Below, piece after piece: positions 39,277 through 54,189 of a stretch of DNA of 64,000 nucleotides (positions are counted from its first letter, which is position 1; the number at the start of each line of letters is the position of its first letter). Under the pieces are notes generated by a model that was not told the DNA's origin, searched no databases, and saw only the letters and a list, made by a program, of their open reading frames with translations. The stretch covers positions 188,852,001-188,916,000 of the forward strand of contig NC_091473.1 of the NCBI RefSeq assembly GCF_036971445.1. Reading direction: 5' to 3'. Origin of the DNA: Narcine bancroftii. Its lineage: Eukaryota. A program made the translations under genes and the position numbers.

Positions 39277-41084
39277 AAAATAGTGAGCACTTCACATCCA
39301 ATGATCATGGTACCATTATAATTATGGAGAGGGACGACGATGAAGGCCTTTGACTTGGGGAAAGCAAAATTTGATAAAATGGGAAGAGATTTTCAGTGAG
39401 TGATTTGGACATATTTGATTTATATGAAGGAGGTAGAGGAGAATTGCAGGTAATTTACAGGTGATATATTGAGGGTGCAGAATCTTTATGTTCCTGTTGG
39501 GATAAAAGGCAGAGACAAATGTTAGAGAGAGCCGTGGTTTTCAAGGGAGATTATGAAGTTGGTTCGAGATTAAAGGGAGGCCTACATTAAATACAGGAAG
39601 CAAGGTGTGGAGGAGATGCTTGGAAAATACATTGATTGAAAAAAGAAGCCTATGAAAGAAATTAGGACAGAAAATGTAAGGTACGAGGTGGCTATATTGA
39701 AGAGCGTGAAAGTAAATCCGAAGGGCCTTTATAAATATGTGAATAATAAAAGGAGAGTGAAGGATAGAAATGGTCCACTAGAGCATCAGAGCGGACATAT
39801 GTGTGAGGAGGCAAATGAGACGGGGGTGATATTGAATGAGTTCTTCTCGTCGGTATTTACAAGAGAAAAAGATATGGAATTGTCTAGCATAGGTGACGCA
39901 AAAAGGGTTTTTATGGAAAACAGTGGGATTAGGAAAGAGCGGGTGTTGGAACTTTTAAGGCATATGAAGGTTGACAAGTCTCCAGGTGTAGGCCCAGCAA
40001 TTATCGGCCAGTATGTCTGACGTCTGTGGTTGGTAAACAAAGGAAAGCATTCGTGGAGATAACAGGTATAAGTACCTAGAGGGGCAGTGTCTGATAATGG
40101 ATTGCCAACATGGGTTTGTGTGGGGAAGTTCATGTTTGACAAATTTTGTTGAATTTGTTGAGGAGGTGACCAGGAAGGTTGATGAAGGCAGAGCAGTAGA
40201 TGTCGTCTACATTGATTTCAGTAATGCCTTCGATAAGGTTCTTCATAGAAGGTTAGTGAGGAAGGTTCAGGCGCTAGGCATTGACGTTGAGATAGTCAGA
40301 ATGGTTCAACGGTGGCTAGAAGATAGGTACCAGAGAATGTCGGTCAGGGTGAAGGCCAGTAATGAGCGATGTGCCTCACGGATCGGTGTTGGGCCCCTTG
40401 ATGTTCGTTATTTACATTAATGATTTGGATGATAGTGTGGTAAATGATGTTAGTAAATATGCTGACGATCCAAAGATAGGGTGAGTTGTGGATAGTGAGG
40501 ATGGTTTTCGGGAACTGCAGAAGGATTTGGACTGCTTAGAAGAGTGGGCTGAAACACGGAAGATGGAGTTTAATGTAGATAAGTGTGAAGTGCTTCATGT
40601 TGGGAAGAATAATTAAAATAGGACGTATGCACTGAGGTGAAGGGTGTTGAGGTATACAGAGGAACAGAGATCTTGGAATAATGGTTCATCGTTCTTTGAA
40701 AGTGGAATCTCATGAAGTAGGCTTTTGGTCTGGTGACCTTTATACATCAAAGCATAGAATATAGGAGGCGGGAGATAATGTTGAGACTGTTCAAGGCTTT
40801 TGTGAGGCCAAGATTGGAATATTGTGTGCAGTTTTGGTCTCCAAATTATAGGAAGGGTATTAATAAGGTAGAGAGGATGGCAGAGTGGAATGACCTTCCG
40901 GAGGTTGTGGTTGCAGCAGGGCCAATATTGTCAATTAAGTGGAGGTTCGATGAGTTCATGAATGTGAAGCGTTTGAAGGGTTATGGGCATGTGCAGGAAG
41001 GTGTGATTAGTAGAGTTCACTTAAATAATTGCGGACTAGAGTGGCTGAGATGGCCTGTTTCCGTTATGTAATTGTTATTATGTG
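39277..41084 (+). mobile_element. Long decayed CR1 copy
   Basis: Same ORFs as 11365-12784. Confidence 0.88.
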
Positions 41085-42183
41085 TAAATGTGCTAATCCA
41101 TTTTCCCCCACTCAGCCCCCCTGCTCGGGCCTCTCCTCATAACCTTTGATGTCCGGGCTAATCAAGAACCTATCAATCTCTGTCTTAAATAAACCCAATG
41201 ATGTTATGATCATTGGATGGATGAGGAGAACGGACAAAGCAGTGACAAATGAAATACAACATCTAAATGTCCGCCAGGCCAGGAAAACCCTTCGGGAGGC
41301 AGGTCTGTCAGTGACTATTGTCCGCAGAAGACTTCATGAACAGAAACGCAGAGGCTACATTGCAAGATGCCAATAGTTGTATGTTTTATATCTTGGGCAA
41401 TTCCTTTACGTTTCCACACTTTGCACTTGCCCTCACTCTGACGCAGGTTAATCTTGGTCTCATCTGTCCACAAGACCATTTTACAGAATTATTCAGCCTC
41501 TTTTAAATACTTCTTGGCGAACCGTAATCTGGCCTTCTTTTCTGCGACCAACTAGTGGTTTGCATCTTGCAGTGTTGTTCATGAGCCTTTCAACGGATAG
41601 TTGTCACCTGCCTCATGAAGGGTGTTTCTGATCTGTCGGATTAGCGTTTGGGGATTTTTCTTCCAGATGATGAGAATTTCCCTGTTATCATTAGAGAGAT
41701 CCTTCCTGATAATGCCAGTCCCTTTCTGATTACTGAGCTCACTAGGACGTTCCTTCTTAATAATAATATTCCATACGCTTGATTTCGGTAATCCTGACCG
41801 ATGATTCTTACTGTTTTATTCCTGTTTTTCCACCTTATAATGGCTAATTTGTCATTCATTGGCAAAAAGCATGTTGAAAAATGGCACCTACAGAATATAA
41901 AAGTTTAGAAGCCAGCCCAGCCCTCTTATACTTACACCAATGAAGCAATTAAACATACCTGAGTTCTCACAAACACCTGTGAAGCCAGACATTCTGGCGC
42001 CCTGATACGAAGGGACCATGAATAAACAGGACTGTAATTTATACACGGTCAAACCAAAATCTATCTAAATAACTTTTAATGAAATCTGGAATGTGCACTT
42101 AAATTATATTTGAATTCTTTGAACACAAATTTCAAATTGTGGAGCGCAGTGGAAAAGAAAGAAATCTGTGCTTGTCCCAAACT

Positions 42184-43148
42184 CTATGGATTGTGTTGCA
42201 TTTGGATTGGAAACGCCCTGAGCTGACTCCGTCGGCTTCGAGAGTCCGGTTTGCGAATTAACTGAATAACCGAGGTGATCGGAAATTTCACCGCGTTGAC
42301 CAGATTCTCCCTGAACTTGGACTGAGTCAAGGCGTAAATAAAGGTGTTGGTGCAGCAACTTAAAGTCAACAGCAGCTGCCCCACCTGGAGAAATATGACT
42401 TCGGAGTCGTTGTGGTGATTGGGGTCCGCCCCGGCGGCTGTGTAGTAAAGGAAATGGACAACGTGCACCGACCACAACAGGATGAAGCTGCCGGAGATGG
42501 CGAAGAGTAAGATCATAGACCTCCGCCTGCTTTCCATCTCCGGGTCACTGCGGCTTCCTCCGCCTCTCTGACCCCTTAGCCCCCGACGGATGCGACTGGA
42601 GAAGACAACGTGCCGCACCGTCAGAGCGTTGAACAACAAAATCAAAGCAAAAGGGATCAGCGGCATTATTAAGGTGTTCACCCAGTCAAAGGCCACCCAG
42701 CCAGGATCCGTGAAATAACTTGCCTTCTGCAAACAGAACCACGGGACGTTGTCAACCACTCTCAGGGGTTCATATGTGAAGTAGTAGGGAATCCTCTGTA
42801 AAGAGAGAAGAACGCTCGTCGTGGTCATCACGGCGGACGCGGTTTTCCCAGTGCAGAATTTCGTCTTCAGCTTGTGGAAGCAGATGGCGACAAATCGATC
42901 GAAGGTGAAGGTGACGGTGAACCAGACGGAACAGCCGGTGACAACACGACCCAGGACTGAGATGAGGCTGCACACGGGGGTGATGTGAAGGAAAACGCCG
43001 GGGAAGTAATAATAACTGAACCGCCACAGGACGACATTGATGAGGATGATCAGTTGGTCCGCCGCTGCCATGGCCACCAGGTAGCGGGTGGTGCAGATGG
43101 AGAGTCCGCACCTTCCGCGGGACAGGACTGCAAGCGCCACTACATTCG
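42184..43148 (-). CDS. GPR139-like: GPR139-like GPCR, exon 2 (copy 4; Q114H variant)
   Basis: Same frame, but reads DRFVAICFHK instead of ...FQK (c>g at 42874 on the + strand). Confidence 0.9.
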
Positions 43149-45066
43149 CTGTGAAGGAAATGGAAAGGACGATGAGATTTCGGGCCAATTGCTCCTTCAT
43201 TACACCTGCACAATGAAGATTTTGCTTCCTGAACACGTGTAGGTGTATTTCATGGAGTGTTGTGTTGGTGCTCATGAGAATCACCTTAAAATGTTCCTAA
43301 TTCTTTCATTTCTCTCCATCCAGACGGAAGTAACCTTCGCTCACCCCTGCCCAGATTCTCCCTCTTTCCTGCTCCCTGTCTCCAACTACTCAACTCACAT
43401 TCCCCTGCAACTACCCTGCCCCTCACCATTATTCCTGTATAACTAGATGGAACCTATTTCTGTGATTTTCATATTTTGTCTACTTCAAATATAACAAGGC
43501 CATTGACAATGGACAATACAACATACCGTTGGCAAATAATTTACTGCAGTCGCACTTGGTCTTCTTTTCTGCTGATCTGCGTTCAGTGACGAACATAGTG
43601 CTTTTCCAACTTCCGACCTGATACATCAAATTTGAACTTACCATTGTTCAGTGGTTCCCAACCATTTCTTTCCACTCAGACACAACTTTAATTGTTCCCT
43701 CCGCCATCGGCGCTCTTTGATTAATAAGGGATTGCTTAAGGTGGTGTGTGTTTATTTATCTATCCATCCTTTTTTCTGTCTATCCATTTATCCATTTATC
43801 TATCAATCGATCCATTTATCTCTCTATCCATTCACTTATTTATCTGTCTATCAGTCCAACCATTTANNNNNNNNNNNNNNNNNNNNNNNNNNNNNNNNNN
43901 NNNNNNNNNNNNNNNNNNNNNNNNNNNNNNNNNNNNNNNNNNNNNNNNNNNNNNNNNNNNNNNNNNNNNNNNNNNNNNNNNNNNNNNNNNNNNNNNNNNN
44001 NNNNNNNNNNNNNNNNNNNNNNNNNNNNNNNNNNNNNNNNNNNNNNNNNNNNNNNNNNNNNNNNNNNNNNNNNNNNNNATATTGAAACGTAACAAATCCG
44101 ACAGCCCGACATCACATCAACGGACTGAAGGAGCAGCGCTCATTGATATTATACACAATGTGTTCGAGGAAGCTGTGAGCAAAGTAATTTGTTTAAATAA
44201 AAACGACTGAACTCTCCAACACAAAGAACAACAGCGCTTTGAAAATCCTGTATCAACATCAGCAGCTCCCCCTGTTGACAGATACCACGCCACTTGGTTT
44301 GACCATTGGCAAAAGATACTGCATCAGGACAGTAAACGATACGCTGCAGAGCGGACACCCGCGTCCTTCCCACCGTAACAGACGAAAGGGTTGACACTTT
44401 GTTCTCTGCTCAGAATATTGGGCTTAATGGACGACAACTCCGAGAATCCATTATTTGTCCGTCTGCCAATATTTCCCGCACACCCTAGCATGTCACCAGG
44501 TCCCTCTCTCCGCTTTCCGCTTGAAGGGATCTGTTGGAAGCTTCCCACAATGGAGTGTAACGTGGTTCAAATAACAATATCAAAAAATGTGAATAACCCG
44601 TCAGTCCTGTCTAATCAATGTTCAGAATCCGCACAGTGATATATTGATCAGTGCGCACCGTGAACCTGCGATGTCAAAACCTTCTGCCAGGCTCCTTTTA
44701 ATTGTCGCTTTGAACGGAAACAGCAGAGAGAGGGCACGGTTGGCGCAACGCTTTCACAGCGCCAGAGATGGGGACCTGGGTTCCAATCCCGCTGTCTATT
44801 AGGAGTTTGGACGCTCTGTCCGTGTCACTTTTCCCCGGGGGGTTCCTGTGTCTTCCCACAGGTGGTGTCGGTCAATTGGGTAGCATGGGCTGGTGGGCCG
44901 AAATGGCCCGTTCCCGTGCCTAAATTGAACAAGCGCAAAGGGAGTGAAGGAAAGGTTCCTCCGGGTTCTCGTGTGCCAAGAACCATCATCCCGGAGACGG
45001 CATTATTTAAAAAATCAACTAAAAACTCACGCACAACTGTAAAGTTGAGGCAGTCACTGTTCTTAC

Positions 45067-45133
45067 CAGGAACTCCAAGAAGAGCAATGAAGATATAAAC
45101 AATTCTTATGAAACGGTAAAACGCGCTGAGCAT
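45067..45133 (-). CDS. GPR139-like: GPR139-like GPCR, exon 1 (copy 4)
   Basis: Identical to copy 1 exon 1. Confidence 0.88.
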
Positions 45134-48100
45134 GTTCTGTGAGCATCAACCTGTCTTCCAGCTTCAGCCAATCTCTCTGAAGTCAAGGCATCGCACGCCC
45201 AATAATTTATACCTGCGGATTCTTTGCGGCTCCAAGGTCATTGAAACGTTATGGCTCAATATAGATGGAAAAATGAAAACACATTACGTTATTTGAGTCA
45301 GGTTCCAAGGATCTGCACTGGGTCTGTTGTTGTTTGTTATATACATCAATGATCTTGAGATGATGGGGTAGAAAATTGGAATAGTAATTAGGCGGATGAT
45401 ACTTTGTGCATAATGAAGAAGGTTTTTAAATATTGCAGAGAGATTTGGGTCAGTGAGAAGAGTGGGCTGAAAGTTGGGAAATAGGGTTCAATGTGCAAGT
45501 GGAACAAGTCGGACTAATCACAATAGGACCCACATGGGCCAAATGGTGGGGCGTGAAAGAATGCAATTGAACAAAGAGATCTAGGAATAGTGGTGCACAG
45601 TTCCCTGAAGGTGGATAGGGTAGTGAAGAATGCTGTTCTTTAGAAATCTGAGCACAGAGGGAAAGGTTTGGGAGGGAATGTTAAAATTGTACAAGGCATT
45701 GGTGAGACTACAATTGGAATATTGTGTTCCGTTCTGCTCACCAAATTACAGGAAGGATATGAACAGAATTATCTGTGGGTTTCAGCACCCAGTTACAGAG
45801 AATGTTTAAACCAGTTAGGGCTTTATTCCTTAGAGTGTAGAAGGCTGAGAGGTGGGGGGTGGGGGTATATTATCAAATTGAAAGTTAAGGTGGATCGATA
45901 GAGTAGATGTGGATGGACGTTGTCCATTGAGTAGAGGAGAGATTCAAACCAGAGGACATGAGCTGAGAGTTTATGGGGGCAAAAGTTTAGGTGCAACACA
46001 AGTGGGAGTTTCTATACTCGGAGAGCGGAGACTGTGTGTAATGAGTTTCCAGTGGATACAGGTACAATACTATCTTTAAAGAAAAAATTGGTTAGGTGTA
46101 TTGATGGCAAAGGTTTGGAGGGTTATGGGCAGAGAGCAGATCATTGGGACGAGCAGAATTTAAGAGTTACAGCACATACAAGATGGGCCATAAATGGCCT
46201 GTTTCCTCGCTGTAATTGTCATATGGTTATCCGGTCATTACAGTTCTGGGCCAGAATAGACAAGTGCAATCCTAGAAACCAAGGAAGCGCGGCATTGTTA
46301 AACCCTCTGGGGCCAACCTCTGCCTATTTGACGTTGTTCATTGCTCTGCTCTTTTAATTTTGTCAACGAAGTTTCGACATTTCACTTTTCTCACCAGGAT
46401 TTCCCTTTGACTAATGGTCTCAATTAGAGATCGGTTTTAATAGAAAGGATTAACATCTTGATAGGTGTGGTGATACACCACTAGCCTATTACAGGGGGCG
46501 ACCTGTGTACCTGTAGCAAGAGCACAGGAAAACATGATAGCACCTGGCCGGCTGTCAATCAGACGACCTGAATAGTCCAAGCCCCACCGTCGGCTGCCAA
46601 TCATCCTCTGGAAAATAAGCCACATCCATCCCCTCGTGGGCAGCCACTGGGGGCTAAAGCTAACTGCAGCAGGGACTTTAAGTGGAATAAAGCCTGTTAA
46701 GCAGTCTTTAAGTATTGTTTCGGCTTTTCTGTCCGACAGCGTGCCACAATACGTCAGCTCATTTCCTACGTCAGCTCATTTCTTATACACCAATCTTCTG
46801 AAGGAACTGGAACACTTAAACACCTGCAGATCCCAAAATAATGCAAATGGTAAAAGCAGATGAGAAGGATGAAGTCACCAGCAGAACGAGCCGGCTCAAA
46901 TCAACACCGGGTTCACGCTGAAAAGAAGCAAATGCCTCACATAATCGATATGCCGGTTCGATGCAGCATACAGACACATATATTTACCAGCTGGAGAGAT
47001 GGGCTGCCAAATGGCAGGTGGAAGTGCGGACAAGTGCAAGCAGTTGCACTTTGGGAGCACTGATCAAATTAGGACATAACACTGCCAAAAGTTGTTCACT
47101 GAAGAGGGAACACATGGATCTGGGAACACAAATTCCTGGATCGGGGGTTAAGGGGTGCTTTGGTATCTTTGCCTTCAAATAGCAAAGTATGCAGTCTAGG
47201 AATTGGGAGGTTATGGTAAAGTTGTAGAAGATACTTGTGAGGGCAATGTTAGAGTGTGGCTCCTTCAATTTGCAGGTGGACGCAGCCTGGGAGTGCTTGA
47301 GGGCATTTGCAACACTCTTATTTGGATATTTTACTTTTTAAACAAACCTTGTAATTTGTTGAACATTCATGAAACCTACAGAGTCTGTATTTATCCCTCA
47401 TCTTCGTACAAGTGGAAGTACCATCAATTAAATCACCTCGACAGCGAGATAAATCACGCCCCATATATTCCCCCTGCTTTCCCATCTCCCAATTTATTTT
47501 TACCCTCTCCTCCCACCTACCTCCCCGAGCAGCAATAACCAAGCTCTTGGCGCCAACCAACCCCCACCCCCATCATTTTCAGAAGGGCCTAATGAACGCA
47601 TCTCCTACTTATATCTCCCTCCCTTCACTTGAAATCCTTGTATTCATTCTTACTCTCTAATATGCATTCTTCATTAAACATTTACATGATGAAAAAACCA
47701 CATATATCCCACTTCATATTCCTCACAATTACAATAGTTACAGTACTTTTTAAAAACATTTTATTTAAAATTTAAAATCACTTAACATAACATTAGGTAC
47801 TACATATTAATACAGACATTATGTGATTAATTTTTTTATATATAAACCCCTCTCCCAACCACCTCACTAATACCCTCCCTCCTCCCTTCCCCACCTACAA
47901 AGAGTAAGATCATCTTCTACTACAATTACATTTAAACATTTCGGCTGCAGGAATGGTGGCACCGATCAGAGCGGACTGAGAGTTTAGATTCTAACACCAA
48001 TAGTTTTCAAATAAGGGTTCCAAATTTTTGTAAAGAAAAAAATATTGATCTCTTAAATTATATGTAATCGATTCTGAAGAAATACAGGCTTTCAGTTCGT

Positions 48101-51100
48101 AATGACATCCTATCAACCTAAAACCGAGTCAGAGTTCCTTGTAATAGCTAAACGCTTCTTAGAAACCACCAGAGGCAAAACGTAAAATTTCCCAAACCGT
48201 ATGTTCATAAATCAAGAATGAAATGGGAATCAGATTTCGATATAAGCATTGATGAAAGGGTTTGCAGAAATTTTTGCAAAGATAATATGACTAAGGTAAT
48301 AAATGTACGTTATAGATTAGTGCAGTACAATTTTTACATCAATTGCATTTGATTATGTATAACGCGAAATTTTCAGCTTAGTTCTTCAGATTTGTTTTTT
48401 TAAACTTTATTTGATATTTTTCAATAAGAATAAACAGACGTTTACAGAATAATTAATCTAATAATTATAAAACAATAAAACTAACCCACCCTCACCCTCC
48501 TCCCACAACAGATCCCTCAAGGGAAGCATTAAAGATAAACAAAAACATTCAGTAATTTACAATATTACTAAATTCATATTCTTTATATAAGGTGTCCACA
48601 GCTTAACAAAAATTCATAATTATCATGTAAATTGTATGTTATTTTCTCCATATAAATACACGATTTCAACACATGCCATTGAGTTAAATTTAACTGCGCT
48701 TCATCTTTCCAAGACATGCCAATACATTCACGAGCAACTGTCAATGTTAGACCAATAAACACTGTCTGAAACTTATCCAACCCCAATTCCACTAACGGAA
48801 TAAAAGAGCTGAACAAAAAAAATTTGGATCTAAAGGAAAATGAATATTAAACAAATTTAGAAGAAAAATCTTAATTTTAAACCAGAAAAGAATGAACTTT
48901 ATCACAAAACCAAACAGAAGGTAGAAATGTTCCAATACATAATCCACACCTAAAACACAGATATGAATTACTGTCCATATTTTTAATCAATATTACAGGG
49001 GTTAAATATAACTGATATGAAAAATTAGAATTAACCATACTATGTCTTACATTAATTTATTTAGTCAACCCATTATAACACATATTTTCAAATTAGTTCT
49101 TCAGATTATGTTTTAGATGTGACCCAGAAGTGGGTACTTTTTTTCATTCGGCGTGGACCTGTCGTAAGATTAAAAGTTTTTGGCTGCAAATTAAATCGTG
49201 TTTGGAACACATATTAAAAAGTAAATTTACTTTTGGATCCAGTGTTGTTTTAATTAGTTGAGGCCAAGTTTGGAATATTGCGTGTGATTCTGACCTCAAA
49301 ATTATAGGAAGAATATCCGTAAGATTGAGACGGTTCAAAGAGGGTTTACGAAAATGTTTCCTGGATTGCAGTATCTAGAATATGGGGAAAGATTGAGTAG
49401 ACTAGGACTTTATTCATTGGAGCATAGAAGGTTGAGGTGGATTTGATAGAGGTATAGAAAATGATAAAGGGGATAGATAGAGTAGATGTGAATATGCTCT
49501 TTCCCCTGAGGATAGGGGAGATTGGAACCAGGGGACATGTAAAGGATTAGGGGCCAAAACCTTAGGTGTTATATCAGAAGATGCTTCTTCACTCAGAGAG
49601 TGGTGGCTGAGTGGAATGACCTTATGGAACAGGTAGTTGCAGCAGGGTCAATTCTGTCATTTAAAAGGTTAGATGAGTACATGGATGTGAGGAGGTTGGA
49701 GGGTTATGGGCCGGGAGAGGGTAGGTGGAACTAGAGGAGTTTCACGTAAATCGCAGCGGATTAGAAGGGCCGATATGGCCCTGTTTCCGAACTGTAAATT
49801 GTTATAGAGTTATATTAAATTGATAGCTTTAAGATTGAGATTGACCATGTACCAAATTGAATAGTTACATACCCCCGTTTTTCACCTTATTTACATTTAA
49901 TCCCGAAGCGGTGGCAAGGCTCTTAAAAAATCCACGGTCTCCCTTGGATCCTTTAAAAAAATTATTTCCCTCGCGCCCTTGCCATCTTCAGAGTAGTTGG
50001 GTGAAGGAGGGTAAACTCGATTCCATTTTGTTTAAAACTCTTGTTAGCCGGGTCAGATTTCGTCCCGCGTTTCCATAGCGCCGTGTAGAGACATTTACAA
50101 CACCCTTGGCCCATTAGACTACATGTGCACCCACGGCAGCAAGCAGAGTCCAATACTATCCGATTCTAAAGTGCCACTGCTCGCATGGCAACCATTTCCA
50201 GCAGACAGCTGTTTCATAAGTTTGGAACCCGTTAGCTGTGTCATGGGCCAGCGGTTGCGAAACTAAGCGAGGAGGATGAGTTCTTTCGGTGCCTCTTCGG
50301 TTCCGCAGAAGAGAATCATAATGACTTGCACACGTGTAGGAATTCCACGTTGGGTTGTGCACCTCCCAGGACGAGCCAAGTGGTCCTGCAATTGCTGCAT
50401 GTGGTGGGTGGAGGGGACAACATATCCAAGGTAGCATGACCCTGCTAACAACCAGAGGGAAGCCTTATTATCCCAATTGGAATAAGCTCCCGTTTATAGG
50501 CTGTCACTTTAAACGAAGGAACACTTGGGTTCAGCGGGAATCAAGGTATCGTCGCCTAACACAGGTTCAGAGATTTCACACCAAATCGAATTGATCAACG
50601 GCGATGGTGGCGATGGTGGCGATGGTTGAACAACGCGGCAACTGAAAAACCTCCTTCCTGATGACGTCATGTTAATCAGTTTGCGGAGATCAGGACGACA
50701 CCAGAAACATTGGCATATTTCTACAGTTCTGTTGGGGGGCGGGTGTGGAATGTTATGACCGGCTGTATCACGATGTGGTCTGACTACACCAATACCCCTG
50801 AGCGCAAAACCCTCCAAAAGGTAGTGGGCACAACCCAGGACATCACAGGCAAAACCCTCCCCACAGTCGCGAACATTTTCAGGGAACACTGCCTTCGGAG
50901 AGCAGCAGCAAGGATCCACACCACCCAGCACATGCTCTGTTCTCCCTCTGCCATCAGGAAAGAGATGTAGGTGCCATAACACTCAAATCACCAGGTTCTG
51001 GAACAGCTGCTACGCCTCCACCATCAGACTCCTCACCGAAAAACTCAATGAGAGACTCATTTACGGACTCTTACATTTGCATTTTATTGATTTGTTGCCT

Positions 51101-51282
51101 CTCCCTATTGCAGTCAGTTTGTTTACATATCTTAACTTGTTTACGTTGAGTATGTATTGATTACAGTGGAAAGTCTGCCTGGATCGCAGGAGAACCAACC
51201 TCAGGGTTGAGTTTAGGAATACACATGACGTATGGCCCAGGAAATGGACATTTTAAAGAATTTTAGCAGATGTAATAATATA

Positions 51283-53090
51283 AAAATAGTGAGCACTTCA
51301 CATCCAATGATCATGGTACCATTATAATTATGGAGAGGGACGACGATGAAGGCCTTTGACTTGGGGAAAGCAAAATTTGATAAAATGGGAAGAGATTTTC
51401 AGTGAGTGATTTGGACATATTTGATTTATATGAAGGAGGTAGAGGAGAATTGCAGGTAATTTACAGGTGATATATTGAGGGTGCAGAATCTTTATGTTCC
51501 TGTTGGGATAAAAGGCAGAGACAAATGTTAGAGAGAGCCGTGGTTTTCAAGGGAGATTATGAAGTTGGTTCGAGATTAAAGGGAGGCCTACATTAAATAC
51601 AGGAAGCAAGGTGTGGAGGAGATGCTTGGAAAATACATTGATTGAAAAAAGAAGCCTATGAAAGAAATTAGGACAGAAAATGTAAGGTACGAGGTGGCTA
51701 TATTGAAGAGCGTGAAAGTAAATCCGAAGGGCCTTTATAAATATGTGAATAATAAAAGGAGAGTGAAGGATAGAAATGGTCCACTAGAGCATCAGAGCGG
51801 ACATATGTGTGAGGAGGCAAATGAGACGGGGGTGATATTGAATGAGTTCTTCTCGTCGGTATTTACAAGAGAAAAAGATATGGAATTGTCTAGCATAGGT
51901 GACGCAAAAAGGGTTTTTATGGAAAACAGTGGGATTAGGAAAGAGCGGGTGTTGGAACTTTTAAGGCATATGAAGGTTGACAAGTCTCCAGGTGTAGGCC
52001 CAGCAATTATCGGCCAGTATGTCTGACGTCTGTGGTTGGTAAACAAAGGAAAGCATTCGTGGAGATAACAGGTATAAGTACCTAGAGGGGCAGTGTCTGA
52101 TAATGGATTGCCAACATGGGTTTGTGTGGGGAAGTTCATGTTTGACAAATTTTGTTGAATTTGTTGAGGAGGTGACCAGGAAGGTTGATGAAGGCAGAGC
52201 AGTAGATGTCGTCTACATTGATTTCAGTAATGCCTTCGATAAGGTTCTTCATAGAAGGTTAGTGAGGAAGGTTCAGGCGCTAGGCATTGACGTTGAGATA
52301 GTCAGAATGGTTCAACGGTGGCTAGAAGATAGGTACCAGAGAATGTCGGTCAGGGTGAAGGCCAGTAATGAGCGATGTGCCTCACGGATCGGTGTTGGGC
52401 CCCTTGATGTTCGTTATTTACATTAATGATTTGGATGATAGTGTGGTAAATGATGTTAGTAAATATGCTGACGATCCAAAGATAGGGTGAGTTGTGGATA
52501 GTGAGGATGGTTTTCGGGAACTGCAGAAGGATTTGGACTGCTTAGAAGAGTGGGCTGAAACACGGAAGATGGAGTTTAATGTAGATAAGTGTGAAGTGCT
52601 TCATGTTGGGAAGAATAATTAAAATAGGACGTATGCACTGAGGTGAAGGGTGTTGAGGTATACAGAGGAACAGAGATCTTGGAATAATGGTTCATCGTTC
52701 TTTGAAAGTGGAATCTCATGAAGTAGGCTTTTGGTCTGGTGACCTTTATACATCAAAGCATAGAATATAGGAGGCGGGAGATAATGTTGAGACTGTTCAA
52801 GGCTTTTGTGAGGCCAAGATTGGAATATTGTGTGCAGTTTTGGTCTCCAAATTATAGGAAGGGTATTAATAAGGTAGAGAGGATGGCAGAGTGGAATGAC
52901 CTTCCGGAGGTTGTGGTTGCAGCAGGGCCAATATTGTCAATTAAGTGGAGGTTCGATGAGTTCATGAATGTGAAGCGTTTGAAGGGTTATGGGCATGTGC
53001 AGGAAGGTGTGATTAGTAGAGTTCACTTAAATAATTGCGGACTAGAGTGGCTGAGATGGCCTGTTTCCGTTATGTAATTGTTATTATGTG
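51283..53090 (+). mobile_element. Long decayed CR1 copy
   Basis: Same ORFs as 11365-12784. Confidence 0.88.
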
Positions 53091-54189
53091 TAAATGTGCT
53101 AATCCATTTTCCCCCACTCAGCCCCCCTGCTCGGGCCTCTCCTCATAACCTTTGATGTCCGGGCTAATCAAGAACCTATCAATCTCTGTCTTAAATAAAC
53201 CCAATGATGTTATGATCATTGGATGGATGAGGAGAACGGACAAAGCAGTGACAAATGAAATACAACATCTAAATGTCCGCCAGGCCAGGAAAACCCTTCG
53301 GGAGGCAGGTCTGTCAGTGACTATTGTCCGCAGAAGACTTCATGAACAGAAACGCAGAGGCTACATTGCAAGATGCCAATAGTTGTATGTTTTATATCTT
53401 GGGCAATTCCTTTACGTTTCCACACTTTGCACTTGCCCTCACTCTGACGCAGGTTAATCTTGGTCTCATCTGTCCACAAGACCATTTTACAGAATTATTC
53501 AGCCTCTTTTAAATACTTCTTGGCGAACCGTAATCTGGCCTTCTTTTCTGCGACCAACTAGTGGTTTGCATCTTGCAGTGTTGTTCATGAGCCTTTCAAC
53601 GGATAGTTGTCACCTGCCTCATGAAGGGTGTTTCTGATCTGTCGGATTAGCGTTTGGGGATTTTTCTTCCAGATGATGAGAATTTCCCTGTTATCATTAG
53701 AGAGATCCTTCCTGATAATGCCAGTCCCTTTCTGATTACTGAGCTCACTAGGACGTTCCTTCTTAATAATAATATTCCATACGCTTGATTTCGGTAATCC
53801 TGACCGATGATTCTTACTGTTTTATTCCTGTTTTTCCACCTTATAATGGCTAATTTGTCATTCATTGGCAAAAAGCATGTTGAAAAATGGCACCTACAGA
53901 ATATAAAAGTTTAGAAGCCAGCCCAGCCCTCTTATACTTACACCAATGAAGCAATTAAACATACCTGAGTTCTCACAAACACCTGTGAAGCCAGACATTC
54001 TGGCGCCCTGATACGAAGGGACCATGAATAAACAGGACTGTAATTTATACACGGTCAAACCAAAATCTATCTAAATAACTTTTAATGAAATCTGGAATGT
54101 GCACTTAAATTATATTTGAATTCTTTGAACACAAATTTCAAATTGTGGAGCGCAGTGGAAAAGAAAGAAATCTGTGCTTGTCCCAAACT

